From NCBI GenBank assembly GCA_964016885.1, contig OZ024740.1, positions 346,828,001 to 346,892,000 on the forward strand: a stretch of 64,000 bases of DNA, read 5' to 3'. The translations under genes were made by a program, and so were the position numbers. The notes under the pieces were generated by a model. It was not told the DNA's origin, ran no database searches, and saw only the letters and a list, made by a program, of their open reading frames with translations. The stretch comes from Eledone cirrhosa (lineage: Eukaryota). Shown here one piece after another: positions 38,289 to 51,793 of the stretch (its first letter is position 1; each line of letters begins with the position of its first letter).

Positions 38289-41200
38289 AAAAAAAAAAAA
38301 AAAAAGAACTCAAAATAACAAAACACACACACACACACACACGCACACAACACAACAACAGCATCAACTGCCACCACCACCACTACCGCCGCCGCCAACA
38401 CCATCACTAGCGACCGGGCCTTAAGAAAACAACTTTAATAATAATTTTTCTGCTTTTGACACGGATCCAGCGACTGGCCCAGCGCATCACTGGTACTCTC
38501 TTTTGTTGACTCCGTGGGGATGAAAGGCAAGGTTGACCTCGGCGGGATTTGAGCTCAGAGCGTGGAGGGCCGTGATTCTATGCTGTAAAACAATTATAAT
38601 AATACTGGACTGTAATACGATCGGCTTCAACTATACAAATTCTTGAAAGTCAACAGTTGACATAATCTTGTAATCTTGTATCAGTAATGACGGTAATATA
38701 TATGTGTGTGTGTGTGTGTGTGTGTAAGTGAGTAGAGTAGCGCGTGTGTGTTTGTTTGTATGTATGAGTGTTGCTGTGTGTGCGCATATGTATGCGCGTG
38801 TGTGTATGTCGTACGTATAAGTGTCAATAAGTGATTTTTTTTTTTTTTTTGCGCGCGCGGGGACATAGAAATAATCGGGCTGGATGCCCGATTGCGCAGT
38901 TAAACCACTGGGAGTGAAGAACCCTCTAGCCCTTGTCAGGGCATTCTTCTAGGAGTAGGCATCTCAGGAAACTGGGTTAACTCCGACATAAAACCTGCGG
39001 CTCAGTAGTTACCGATGATGTTGATCTTTTCTTATTTTCGGGTTATAGCTACTGTCGCTCAGAGAGTGGGATTGGCTCAGTGCACAATCTTTCCTCACTT
39101 TAAAAATATTCGTCACGCACAGGCATTGCACGAGTGCATTAATAATTATTAATAGTGTACTATTATTATTATTATTATTATTATTACTATTATTATTACT
39201 TTTTTTTTTTTTTTTTCCAATTCAATGATGTTCCAGAACATTATAAAAGATATAATTGGCAATTTTGGTTCTGGAACAAAAAAGATCATTGACAATAAGG
39301 GCAGGGGCCCCAGGTTATCACAGCCTGGGCCCGCTCGTCATCGTGCCATTGTAATAGAGCCAAACAAGGCATTTAGTCTTGGCTGCTGGAACGTACGGAC
39401 GCTGCTTGACAGGGATTCCTTTGGGCGTCCTGAACGAAGGACCGCTCTTGTTGCAAAGGAGCTTCGACGTTACGATCTTGACATCGTGGCTTTATCTGAG
39501 ACGAGGCTAGCTGGAGATGGTCATCTTACGGAATTTTGTGGAGAATATACATTCTTCTGGAAAGGAAGAGATGAAGGAACCAGAAGAGAGGCTGGGGTAG
39601 GATTTGCTGTTAAGACTGTGCTTGTGAACAAATTAGAAGAATTCCCAGTAGGTATTAGTGAGCGTCTTATGTCCAAGAGAGTTCCGCTGGACAAGGGAAG
39701 ATATGGTACCCTGGTGAGTGTGTATGCTCCAACTATGAGTTCTGTCGATGAGTAAAAGGTGTCCTTTTACCATGCATTGAAAGGTGTTTTAAGAAATATC
39801 CCTCAGGTAGACAAAGTCATCGTGCTTGGTGACTTTAATGCTAGAGTGGGTAGGGATTTTAACACATGGAATGTAATCGGAAGGCATGGGGTGGGAAAGT
39901 GTAACAGCAATGGTATGCTCCTGCTGTAGATGTGTGAGGAGCTGGATCTGTGTGTTACCAACACCATGTTCCAACAAAAGAACAAATTCAAGACCACATG
40001 GATGCATCCTGCATCTAAGGAATGGCATCTTTTGAGCTACGTCCTAGTCAGGATGCGTGACAGACAGGATGTGCAGTGTGTTCGTGTTCTTCGTGGAGCC
40101 GAGTGCTGGACGGACCACCGCCTGGTACGCGCAAAAGTGAAACTAATCACTAAACGTAAAATCCGGGCTCCTGGTGTTGCCCTGCCCAAAAGATTGAATG
40201 CTTCTCGTCTTAAGGATAAAAATGTGAAGAGGACATTGGAAGAAGAGATGCAGGCTGCAGATCTTGGTGAGGATTGGCCGACCCTTAAAAAGTCGGTTTA
40301 TGATGTAGGCAGGCGTGTTCTGGGATTGGCGCAGAGGAAACATCAGGACTGGTTTGATGAGAATGATGTACATATAGAAGACTTGTTGGCTGATAAGAGG
40401 CGTGCTCTGTCACGCTACTTGACGGCAAAACCACAGGAGAGGAATACGTTGCATGAGGAACTCAGGGATGTAAAATCACGTGTTAGGCGGAGTCTTTCTC
40501 AGATGAAGGATCAGTGGTAGAGTGAGAAAGCTGGTGAGATACAAACTGCGTCTGATTCCAATAACACAAAGCTGTTGTACAGTCTCTTGCGTGAGGTTTA
40601 TGGACCGTCTTCTTCTCTGGTGACACCGCTTCGCAGCAAGGATGGCAAAGAATTTCTTCGTGACTCACAAGGAATTCTACGAAGGTGGCGAGAGCACTTT
40701 GATGATCTTTTGAATCAGCCGTCTGTCGTCAGTGAAGATTTCCTCAATCTCATTTCCTGAAAGTCCTGTGAAAGTAGCTCTCGCAGAACCTCCGACGCTT
40801 GTGGAGGTTGCAGTGGCTATTTCGAAGCTGAACAGTGGAAGATCTCCAGGTATGGATGGCATACATGCTGAGCTCCTACAATATGGTGGTGAGAGACACC
40901 TGCAACATCTTCACTCTTTGTTTGGGAGGATATGGGCTAATGAATCCGTACCTGAGGACTGGAGAGATGCAGTAATGGTGGTCTTGTACAAGGGAAAGGG
41001 TAACAGGAACGATTGTGGGAACTACAGAGGTATATATTGCTTTCTGTCGTAGGGAAAGTTTTATGTAGGGTGCTTCTGGACCGTCTGCTGACACACATTG
41101 CAGATTGTGTTCTTTCTGAAAGTCAATCTGGTTTTCGTGCTGGACGCGGTACTACTGATATGATCTTCTCAGCTAGACAGCTCCAGGAGAAGTGCATGGA

Positions 41201-42961
41201 ACAAGGCTTGGATCTGTATCAGGTTTTTGTCGATCTGACAAAAGCTTTCGATACTATTAACAGAGATGCATTATGGAAGGTTCTCCAGAAACTTGGTTGC
41301 CCTGATAAGTTCCTTGCTTAAGTTAGGTCTTTCCATGACGACATGAAGGCTTGGGTTAATGTCGGGGGTAACATGTCGGCGCCTATCTCAGTGAAAAAAT
41401 GGAGTGAAACAGGGGGATATTCCAGCACCGACCCTGTTTGCCATATACTTTGCAATGGTTTTCTGTATTGCATTCAGGAATTGCGAGCATGGTGTTTACA
41501 TCCGATATCGAACCTCAGGCAGCATATTTAACATCAGGCGCTTTGCTGCGAAGACAAAAGTATTTACATCAATCATAAGATACCTCTTGTATGCAGATGA
41601 TTGCGATCTTGTAGCGCACACAGAGAGTGATATGCAGCACATTTTGAATGCATTTTCTGACGCTTGCACTGCCCTAGTTCTGACTGTCAGTCTCAAGAAA
41701 ACCGTCTTTTTGTACCAACTTGCACCTGGTAAGCAGTACACTGAACCAAACATCTATGTGTATGGCAAACGACTTGGAGTGGTTGATCAGTTTGTCTACC
41801 TGCAGAACACTGTCAATCGATACAGCAACCTTGACAGTGAAATCTCACTTAGGATTAGGAAAGCAAGTGATGCTTTCGGAAAGCTAGAAAGGCGACTCTT
41901 GGGTCGGCGAGACATATGCAGGAGGACAAAGGTAAAGGTGTACAGGGCATGTGTGATCTCTTGTCTTCTTTATGCCTGCGAGACCTGGGTCACATATCTA
42001 CACCACCTTAAGCAATTGGAGCGTTTCCATCAGATGTGTCTCAGACGGATCCATGGCATTCACTGGAGGGACCACATCAGTGATGTCGAGATTTTGGAGA
42101 GCTCTATGTGTGACAGTATAGAAGCTCTTGTGCCTAAGCAACGACTCCGTTGGAGTGGTCACCTTGCCAGGATGAAGGATTCTAGAATACCAAAACAACT
42201 CTTTTATGGAGAGTTGGTTAAAGGAAATCGACCGCCACATAAATCAAAAAAGATGTATAAGGATTCCTTGAAAGCCTCTCTGAAAGACGCTAACATCTCT
42301 GCTGATACATGGGAAAATATTGCTGCTGATCGTAGTAAATGGAGAAAGACTGTATATGGGGGAAAAGTTGCCTTTGAGGCATCTCGAATCGCATAGGAGA
42401 AAGTACAGCGGGATGTGAGGAAGGGCATTGCTGTTGCACTTCCAGACGGCGAGGGTCCTCCTATGGTGCTGACATGCAGCGTATGTGCGAGACTCTGCCT
42501 AAGCAAAGCTGGACTCGAAAGTCATCTTCGCAGTCATAAAGTAAGACCAGTGGTTGAGTACCAGGCTGCTGTTGGAGATGCTACTCATCATGCTTGCCAA
42601 ACATGTGGTAGAGAATGTAAATCAGCAGGAGGGCTCAAGCGACATGCAAAAGTACACGAACTCCAACCACAGCCGACTATTCCCAGTGAATGTTTTGGTT
42701 GCCGAATCTGTGCAAGACATTTTAGATCACTGGCTGGGCTAAAAAGCCACATTCGATCACAGCGCTGTTAGTTGCTATCGTGTGTGTGTGTGTGAAGATA
42801 TGCTTATGTGTGTGCGTGTGTGTGTATATATATATGTATATGTATATTATTATTGTTGTTGTCGTTATTATTATTGTTGTTATTATTATTATTATTATTA
42901 TCTATTTTTTTTTTCTTTCTCGTGCAATGGCCATACTCGATAACGAGGAGGCAGCCATCAT
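38289..42961 (+). mobile_element. Second, disabled copy of the RTE LINE (5' end may extend to ~37935)
   Basis: Collinear with ~6960-11669 and has the same 3' stem-loop, followed by (ATGT)n. Confidence 0.93.
39225..42771 (+). pseudogene. Disabled RTE ORF
   Basis: Stops at ~39753, 39927, 40518, 41319 and 42394, and frameshifts near 40753, 41035 and 41395, relative to 7890-11435. Confidence 0.95.
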
Positions 42962-42983
42962 GTATGTATGTATGCATGTATTA

Positions 42984-43594
42984 TGTCAGGTCACCAGTTG
43001 GTGATACTGGTAACATGTATCCCAGTACAACCTGTCTCATGGTTGGGTCGTTGGTGACTAAACTGGCAACCCCACCAAGGTTTCTTGGTGAGGAGGGTGA
43101 CTTTGAACATCCTGCAGGACTAAAAACAAAACCTCTCAAAGGGCAAAGGAGCTCTTAAGAGTCAATGGCCATCCAAAATCACCGAGAGTGATGACCCCTT
43201 AGCCTTTGTCAAGGCAGAATTCTAGGAGAAGGAAAACTCTGATATAACACCTGCAACCCTGACGGTATCCAATGATGTTGACTTGTTCTTCTTTTTGGTA
43301 AATATCATCTTGGTTAAAAAAGTGGGACTGGCTTTGTGCAGTGCTTTTATTCACTCTAAAAGCTTCACGGCATAGTCATTGCTTTATATCTGGAGATCTC
43401 TCTGCACTTGTCGTCACATGGTACCATGGACCCAGCACTATGTGTCATTAATTGTCACAAGTGTAGTGTTTGTACCAGAGTTTTCAAGTCGCTGGCTGGA
43501 CTAAAAAGTCAAACTCGTTCAGCGCATCGGTAGGGGTTCTCCTACAAGGATATAAAGTAGTGGCCGTACTCGAAAACGAGTTGGCAGCGACCAT
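42984..43594 (+). mobile_element. Bipartite non-autonomous RTE derivative (~610 bp) with an (ATGT)n tail
   Basis: 43193-43385 resembles RTE 5' UTR 7567-7775. 43462-43533 encodes a relic of the last C2H2 finger. Its 3' stem-loop CTCG-AAAA-CGAG mirrors that of the LINE. Confidence 0.88.
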
Positions 43595-43873
43595 GTATGT
43601 ATGTATGTATGTATGTATGTATGTATGTATGTATGTATGTATGTATGTATGCATGTATGTATGTATGTGTGTGTGAGAGTGTGTGTGAGTGTGTGTGTTT
43701 ATATATATATATATATATAACTTTAATAGGTTTCGGCCATTATTGAGCCAAGCCCTGTCTAACTTAATAGCAGCACCTGGCATATGTATGTATATATAAA
43801 TACATATATATATATATATATGTATGCATGTGTATATATATATATATATATATATACTATATATATATATATA

Positions 43874-43958
<85 letters not shown>

Positions 43959-44026
43959 TAAGTATGTATACGTACATACATATATGTATACAGACGTACA
44001 GTAGTATGTATATTCATACATACATG

Positions 44027-44057
<31 letters not shown>

Positions 44058-44664
44058 CTACGTCTGGGTTTAACGAAATTTATTATAATGTAAGTTTGTT
44101 TGTAAACAATCAGTCCTAATTAAGCCGTACAGTATTCCGCAACCATCGTTTGCCTTTTGTTTAACACTGACCAATGAACGATGAACTAGTTTCTAGCTTA
44201 TTAGCTGTTATCAGCAACGTATACCTTCCTGTATACCTTCAGCAACGTATAACATCAGCAACGTATACCATACTGTCAGTCGATTGAACGTTTGAAAGTA
44301 TATACTTTCCTTATGCGTATTAACGGCTAAGCAGCCTAATTTGCATATCGAGTGAGTTAGTCAGCCTGACGTACCGAAAACAAAATCGACTGAAGGTATA
44401 AGGTGGTGATGACAGCGCTTGTTATATACGTATTTATTTATTTATATACGTTAATTTAATTATTTATTTGTATACACGCACACACACACATATTTATATG
44501 TGCGTGGTTTTGTATACCTATGGCAAGTGTTTTGCGTATGCTTGTGTATGTACGTATTTGAAAGTGTACATGTATTTATTTAATTTCTACTACCCCTGTA
44601 TTGTATTTATTTACTTTTTTCTTAACTCTAAAGCGGAGATTCATTCTTTTTCCTAGTTAGAATT

Positions 44665-44960
44665 TAGTCTACGACTTCAGCTATACCATTTACGTGGTTT
44701 TGTCTTTGCGTGCAATTGTTCTCTACGCTCCACATATGACGTATTATCTTCGATTTTTCCGTTCATTGCCAGAGAACGTCTCTATGAACCACCTAAGAGA
44801 ACATTAGTCTACGACTTCTTTTATACCATAAACGTTGTTCGTTCTTTGCGCGTAATTGTTTTTCACCGCTCTTATTAATGACGTATTTCACCACTCTTAT
44901 TAATGACGTATTATATTCGTTTTTTCCCGTTCTTTGCCAGGGAACGTTTCCACGAACTAA
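44665..44960 (+). repeat. Diverged ~140-bp tandem duplication
   Basis: tagtctacgacttc...tatacca...tctttgcg...atgacgtatta...tgccag occurs twice. Confidence 0.7.
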
Positions 44961-45091
44961 AGTATCGTCTTCCTGTCTTCCTCCGGTTGCAACGTTTTTT
45001 GAAATATACACTTCTGCGTTTACAGATTGACTTTGTTAGTTTTAGAAGATCCCGTTAGAGTGAAAGCAGCGATTCTTTGTTTAATCTGATA

Positions 45092-45123
<32 letters not shown>

Positions 45124-45127
<4 letters not shown>

Positions 45128-45180
45128 TATGTATGTATACGTACATACATATATGTATACAGACGTACAGTAGCATGCAC

Positions 45181-45211
<31 letters not shown>

Positions 45212-45449
45212 TATACATACAGGTACACATACATATATGCACGCATCAGTTTAGCGGACGCTTACTATAACGCCGCTTTGTTCAGTTACAAACGAACAAA
45301 GCGGCGTTATAATAAGCGTCCGCTAAACTGATGCGTGCATATATGTATGTGTACCTGGATGTATATATATGTATATATATATATATATATATGTGCATGC
45401 TACTGTACGTCTGTATACATATATGTATGTACGTATACATACATACTTA
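45124..45449. repeat. Near-perfect palindrome (~160-bp arms)
   Basis: The arms meet at ~45284-45292. The start of the left arm is also duplicated at ~43960. Confidence 0.85.
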
Positions 45450-46135
45450 CATTTAAGTAAGTGCCATACTAAGAGTGAGAAATGAAATTTCGTTTTCATA
45501 TTATTTCAACTTATATATAGTAATAATAATAAATTTGAAGACTAAAATCCAAAGAGGGCTCGATAAGGATAAATATATATCAAATATATAAGAACCGTAG
45601 AGCAAATATTTATTAAAATAACAGATTAAAGTTTAAGCAAAGAATAGCTGCTTTCACCCTTATGTATATATGTATATACGTATATGCATATACGTATATA
45701 CGTATATACGTCGGCTCAGAGCTTTTGACGGGAACGAAAAGATTTGTTTACTATTCTTCCGCCATCATGTAAAGTTTGTAAATCGGTGGCTATTTGAGGG
45801 ACAAACTTGTATAGGATTCCAGTTACTAATCGCTTTAGCGTGTCGGCTGTCATAAACAGTCATGGCCGGCATGGGCTGGGGTTTGGATTCTGTCGATCGA
45901 TTGGTTATTGATTAGGCGTTACCCGCTGATGAAGCTACATACGCCGATTATGCATCGTTGCATAATATATGCAGACGGAGGATGCAGTGCACCCTACTGC
46001 TGCATTAAGTGTAGCCGAAACTCTACTCCGAGAACTATTATAGGCATCCGTTTTACGTGTGTTGTATTGAAGCGAATATCTATGTGTATACACTGGGAAT
46101 GTATCCCACATTGCCTATTGAGTCCGTCAACTCCT

Positions 46136-46211
<76 letters not shown>

Positions 46212-46325
46212 ATAAGACTCCAGTTGCATTTTCGATTTCATCTTTTTTTCTTTATACTTTCACTCGTGTAAGACAACTCGGTTATTTTTCATTCTGTAAC
46301 CCCATCCCCCCCAAAACAACCTCAC

Positions 46326-46438
<113 letters not shown>

Positions 46439-46535
46439 TAAATATATATACATATATATATATACATATATATATAAACATACATATATATATATATATA
46501 TATACATATATATATGTATATATATATATTATATA

Positions 46536-47150
46536 TTCGCATGCCAACATAAGAGCAAGAGTGAAGTGTTCATTCTACTAACATGGCTATAAGATTGAGG
46601 CTTGTTTGCATAATTGCAATCAAATCGAATGTTATTATTAATATTCAAACAACTCAGATTTCATTTATTTTATTCAGCCATGTAGAGCGAAATTTTCTTA
46701 TTTATTTGTATTTGCAAAGCCGTCCATATATTGCTCGTATACAGGAAACTGACTGGCCAGTCTGCTGATATGCAAATCTGGCTGATCAGTGGATCTGTTA
46801 TTATGCAGATCTGTCTGTTCAGGCAATCTGCTAATATGCAAATCAGGCCGATCTATCACTGTGTATTTTTGAAAATAGCATATATGTTAATTAGCTCTGA
46901 CAGTTTGGAAGGTAAACAGTGAGCTGTACTGATGAATGGTGATACCCAGAAACATTAGTGTCGGCAGTTCTGTTCGCATGCCAACATAAGAGTAACATAA
47001 GAGCAATAATGAAGTGTTCATTCTACTAACATGGCTATGAAATTGAGGCTTGTTTGCATAGTTGCAAAGGAATCGAATGTTATTATTAATATTAGAAAAT
47101 ATCAGATTTCATTTATTGTATTCAGCCATGTAGAGCGAAATTTTCTTTTA
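46536..47150 (+). mobile_element. Retrozyme-like partial tandem repeat (~437-bp unit, ~1.4 copies)
   Basis: ttcgcatgccaacataagag occurs at 46536 and 46973, with a hammerhead just before the second unit. A diverged paralogue lies at ~62295-62600. Confidence 0.8.
46921..46970 (+). ncRNA. Hammerhead ribozyme
   Basis: GAGCTGTa-CTGATGA-a-TGG(tgatac)CCA-GAAA-CAT(ta)GTG-TC-gGCAGTTC. Confidence 0.7.
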
Positions 47151-47235
47151 TATATATATATCCCCCACTCTCAAGAGCGTGAACCTAATAAACCTTTATT
47201 TGACTGCCTCTCTGTTTTGTTCCCGTCTAAATTTG

Positions 47236-47334
<99 letters not shown>

Positions 47335-48560
47335 CATATAAACATATATATATGTATATATATATATATAGATATATATATATATATATATATTCTTAGC
47401 AGAGATTAAAATGTTAAGTATAAAGTATCTGCTTTCAATCTTTTACGGGATTTTCTGAACTGTTATATATATTTCAGTTATATATTATTCAGTGTACGCA
47501 GAAATAAATATTTCATATATTACAACCAAACATGGCCTCAATTGCTATAACTCAATCACCAGCTTCAGTGAAACTCCACTTATATGCTGAGAGCCCTCGC
47601 CGTGCTCCCTGGAGAGGAGGAGTTTCGTAGTTTCCCTAGCATTGATTTTTATTTCTGACGGGCAGCCTTGATACCAATTCCAACCAAGTTTCGCATATCT
47701 TGAAGAGTATGCACCGGTGAAATAACAATACGCTTTCTTTCGAAGTTCATAACTCACATAGAAATGATACGCTCTAAGCCTCATGAATAATACCATGATT
47801 GGACATATCCACAAAGTACGAGCGAAACTATCGATAGTCGGGACTAGAGGAATTTTGGTAAAGTTTATATGCATATTTTCTTCTAACTTATATTTTAGAC
47901 TGAGCTCCGTTTAATTGATTATTTGTCTAGTTAATGTCTACGGGCTAAGAGGAAAGACTGTATGGATTTTACCTGACTGTTCCTCGCGGAAAATGATCTG
48001 TATCATATTTATCTATTATTTCTTGGAAGTTACATTTTAAACTTATAGCTCCGTTTAAATGATTATTTATCTAGTTGATTTCTACGGACTAGGGTGAAGA
48101 AAGATTGTATATATTTTATCTAATAATTCTTCAAACTTGCAATTTTATATATATAAGAAGAGACAGGGCTGTGTAGTTGCTGGATAAGGTGTACTTATAA
48201 ATAAAAAAAAAAGCATGAACGAGAGAAGGTTTTCATTCAACAGTTGTCTGCTCGGGGTCCTGTATATTTCTACGCATTAAAGACAAGTTATTCACCCCAG
48301 TGCGTCAATAACAAAAGAAGTTATTGGAAGAAAATGGGAGAGATAGAAAAATAGATATAACGGAAGGGAAAACATATATATGTATATATATATACTCTTA
48401 GAGGTGGAATTGGATTGCATTCTCAATTGGATTGCCAAGATGACAAGATGAGCACTCGATACTATTGGGGAGCAGAGTATCAATGATGATGAATAAAAAA
48501 CAAAGAATCATTATTGCGCCATACGTATCTGATACAATACTGATTCTTTATTCCCTATTT

Positions 48561-48619
<59 letters not shown>

Positions 48620-49185
48620 ACGAATGAATAAGGGTACAACTATATATTGTACCCTTATTCATTCATAAGTTGGCAGTACCCACTATTTATTTATTTACTT
48701 TAAAATTATGAAGTGAACATCTTTCTAAAAATATATTTTATGAAAATGAAAATATATCCCTCAAGCAAAACATAATATTCCTTCATCATTATCTAACACA
48801 CATCTATTATCTAAGTTGTTTGCCAGAGTTTGATATCCCATTTCAAATATATGCTGATATGTCAGATAAAGATTTTCTTAAGATATAATTCATCTTGACA
48901 CAAATAGTATTACTTTAGCAGATCGTTCTAATAATTTCATCATCATTCAAAAATTCTTTCCCAAACATTAGAATAATTGAGTCAACATTTTAGTGTCACG
49001 AACATAAATCTTCCTTAATATCATTTAAATTATGTTATGAAAAGTATTATCATACACACTTTTTGCAATATTTAATACGGGAGACATTAGGGCAAATAAA
49101 TGGTAGATGCATAAGTTCAAGTATTTGACATCGTGTCAGTGTCTGTATAACACATGTTACCTCCCACAAATATGTGATTCATCTA

Positions 49186-49284
<99 letters not shown>

Positions 49285-49326
49285 CTCTCTAAATATATAT
49301 ATACATGAGTGTATATATATATATAG

Positions 49327-49412
<86 letters not shown>

Positions 49413-49593
49413 GTTATATAGTAATGTGCATTATTGGTTGTGTAAAATGGTACAATAATTTTGTTAGCCATATTAAGTTCTCCACGCTTTTGTATATCTC
49501 CATTTCCATTCAAGGGAACAACTAGATGATGTAAAACGGAGTATAAATATCAAAATGAAAATCCGAAGGCAAGGTAAAATTCCAATCATTTAA

Positions 49594-49667
49594 TCACGAC
49601 ACATGTTTCAATAAGTGATAGATCGATTGTGAAGCCATGATCGATTATCACTGACCTCATCAGGTGA
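49594..49667 (-). ncRNA. Hammerhead ribozyme with long stem II
   Basis: TCAC-CTGATGA-[ggtc AGTGATA ATCGAT...ATCGAT c TATCACT tatt]-GAAA-CATGTG-TC-GTGA. Confidence 0.75.
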
Positions 49668-50660
49668 AAATGAATTGTCTTCAAATTCTTGATATGAGTG
49701 AGAAAAAATAACAATGTTCTCTCACAGAATTCATTCCCTCATATGGAGACACACCAGTCAGAAATACAGCGACTGCTATTGGCTTCAGTTAAGGTCATAA
49801 AAGTGTTCAGATTTCTATCGCTGCAAAAAGACGCTGGACATCAATCAAATCTGTAGGGATACAGTCAGTCACAGTTAATGTGAGTGAGTACACACACATT
49901 CCACACCCACATACACCGGCTCGAGGTCAAAGAAAAATATATACATATATATACACACATCAACACAGTATTAAACCTGTAGAGCTAGTGTGAGTGGGTA
50001 CAGACACACTTTCACACACACCGAAGCTATGTCCGAGAAAAAACAAATATAAGAAAACAAATATAATAAAACAAATATAAGAATGTACCAACACAGCACT
50101 AACCGAAAGTTAGTTCACAAAGCAACAGAAGCTATATTGGTCAAATCTCAATTTGACGATGTAAATTGGAAATATTGGGTTAACCAACGCCACCAACCCC
50201 ACCAACCCCACCACACACACACGCGCAAGTAAGTTCAGTGTTCTGCTATACGTGTATAGATCGAATCGTAACATCCATATCTTCAAGTGTATGTTATGGT
50301 ATATACACATCCGAATCGTCCAAAAAGGGTATGTCCGGGTATATACACATCCATGTGAAGAGCAAGCAATCAGCTTGTATATATGTATATATTTTTTTTT
50401 ACCTCGAGCCGGTGTATGTGGGTGTGGAATGTGTGTGTACTCACTCACATTAACTGTGACTGACTGTATCCCTACAGATTTGATTGATGTCCAGCGTCTT
50501 TTTGCAGCGATAGAAATCTGAAAACTGTGATGACCTCAACTGAAGCTAATAACAGTCGCTGTGTTTCTGACTGGTGTGTCTCCATATGAGGGAATGAATT
50601 CTGTGAGAGAACATCGTTATTTTTTCTCTCTCATATCAAGAATTTGAAGACAATTCATTT

Positions 50661-50734
50661 TCACCTGATGAGATCAGTGACAATCAATCATGGCTTCACA
50701 ATCGATCTATCTCTTATTGAAACATGTGTCGTGA
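50661..50734 (+). ncRNA. Hammerhead ribozyme (stem II partly eroded)
   Basis: Inverted paralogue of 49594-49667 with an intact core. Confidence 0.65.
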
Positions 50735-50892
50735 TTAAATTATTGGAATTTTACCTTGCCTTCGGATTTTCATTTTGATATATATATATATATATATATA
50801 TCAGATAGGGTGTGGTAAAATACCAGGTGGGCCATAGCCAACCACATAAATTCATGATAATTACCAATAATTACTGCAATTTCCTTGACAGA

Positions 50893-51015
50893 GAGCGATA
50901 TTAGACACCCTAACGAACGAAGACATACAAAAACAAAGGAACTCAACTGTTCAGGGTTCTTTCGCACAATAAGCGCACAAAGTTTAAGTGATTGCTACAT
51001 TTTTTTTTTTTTTCA
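50893..51015 (+). repeat. ~120-bp dispersed duplicate, paired with 53189-53315
   Basis: gcgatattagacaccctaac...cacaataagcg...attgctac is present in both. Confidence 0.7.
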
Positions 51016-51064
51016 AATAAACTACAACGATATTAACATTAGGAGTTACAACTCTCTGGATAGA

Positions 51065-51737
51065 TCATCGTGTCCCCCCAACAACAGATGCCGCGAACGA
51101 AACGTGGTCTACCAGTGCAACGTGAGGACGGAACATTCCTACAAAGCCTATATTGGATTAACTGCCTGCGAGTTTAAGACCGAGTAATACCAATACAAAC
51201 ATTCATTTAGAAACCCGGCTCGGCGACACGCTACACCACTTTCTGGCCATATTGTGGACCTCCAAGATAACAATATAACCTATCAACTAACATGGAGCCT
51301 ACTTTCCAAGGCAGAATCTAACTCGGGAGGACGCCGTTCATGCAATATTTGGTCGGAGGAAACGACCCAGATGCTGTTTGCAAAGGACCAATTGTTAAAC
51401 AAATAGAATGAACTCATTACATCGTGTAAACAGAGAATATGTAGGACATATCTTACGCTCAAACCCCCCTCACGACCCAGGTGGGTAGATCTTGGCTTTA
51501 ATATCCTTCCCATTTACATACTAAGATAGAGGAAACTCCGTGCACCCTTAGGTAGAAATAGAATTGTTTATTCCATATTAACACTTTCGAATTATCCTTA
51601 GGTGGATGTTTATGCATTTACATTATTGTAAACAATTCCTAATCTTTAAAGATTTTTGGCTTAGATTTAGTATTGATGGCTTAGTTCTGATCTAGTTGTC
51701 GAAACAGCCAGAGTACAGCCGTCTGGTTCCTAAATAC

Positions 51738-51745
<8 letters not shown>
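51065..51745 (+). pseudogene. Penelope-like GIY-YIG 3' fragment plus a decayed pLTR
   Basis: CPPNNRC..NVVYQC...YIGLTACEFK...HSF...TPLSGHI...W..L...C...LLNK*NEL...C. A decayed hammerhead tail GAAA-CAGC..GCCG-TC lies at 51701-51723. Confidence 0.8.

Positions 51746-51793
<48 letters not shown>

Larger units (their letters stand above)
49547..50781. mobile_element. Inverted ~405-bp arms with a ~430-bp spacer, PLE pLTR-like, one hammerhead per arm
   Basis: 49547-49950 is a close reverse complement of 50378-50781. Confidence 0.85.

Noticed and set aside
45926-46040. CTGATGA-aGCTACA...TGTAGCc-GAAA-CTC..GAG hammerhead-like motif
   Set aside because: Lacks the UH cleavage site and stem I; at best a decayed copy.
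47760-47850. GAAA-CTATCGATAG-TC half hammerhead near sequence resembling the 665-bp unit
   Set aside because: No intact CUGANGA core or stem I partner found.
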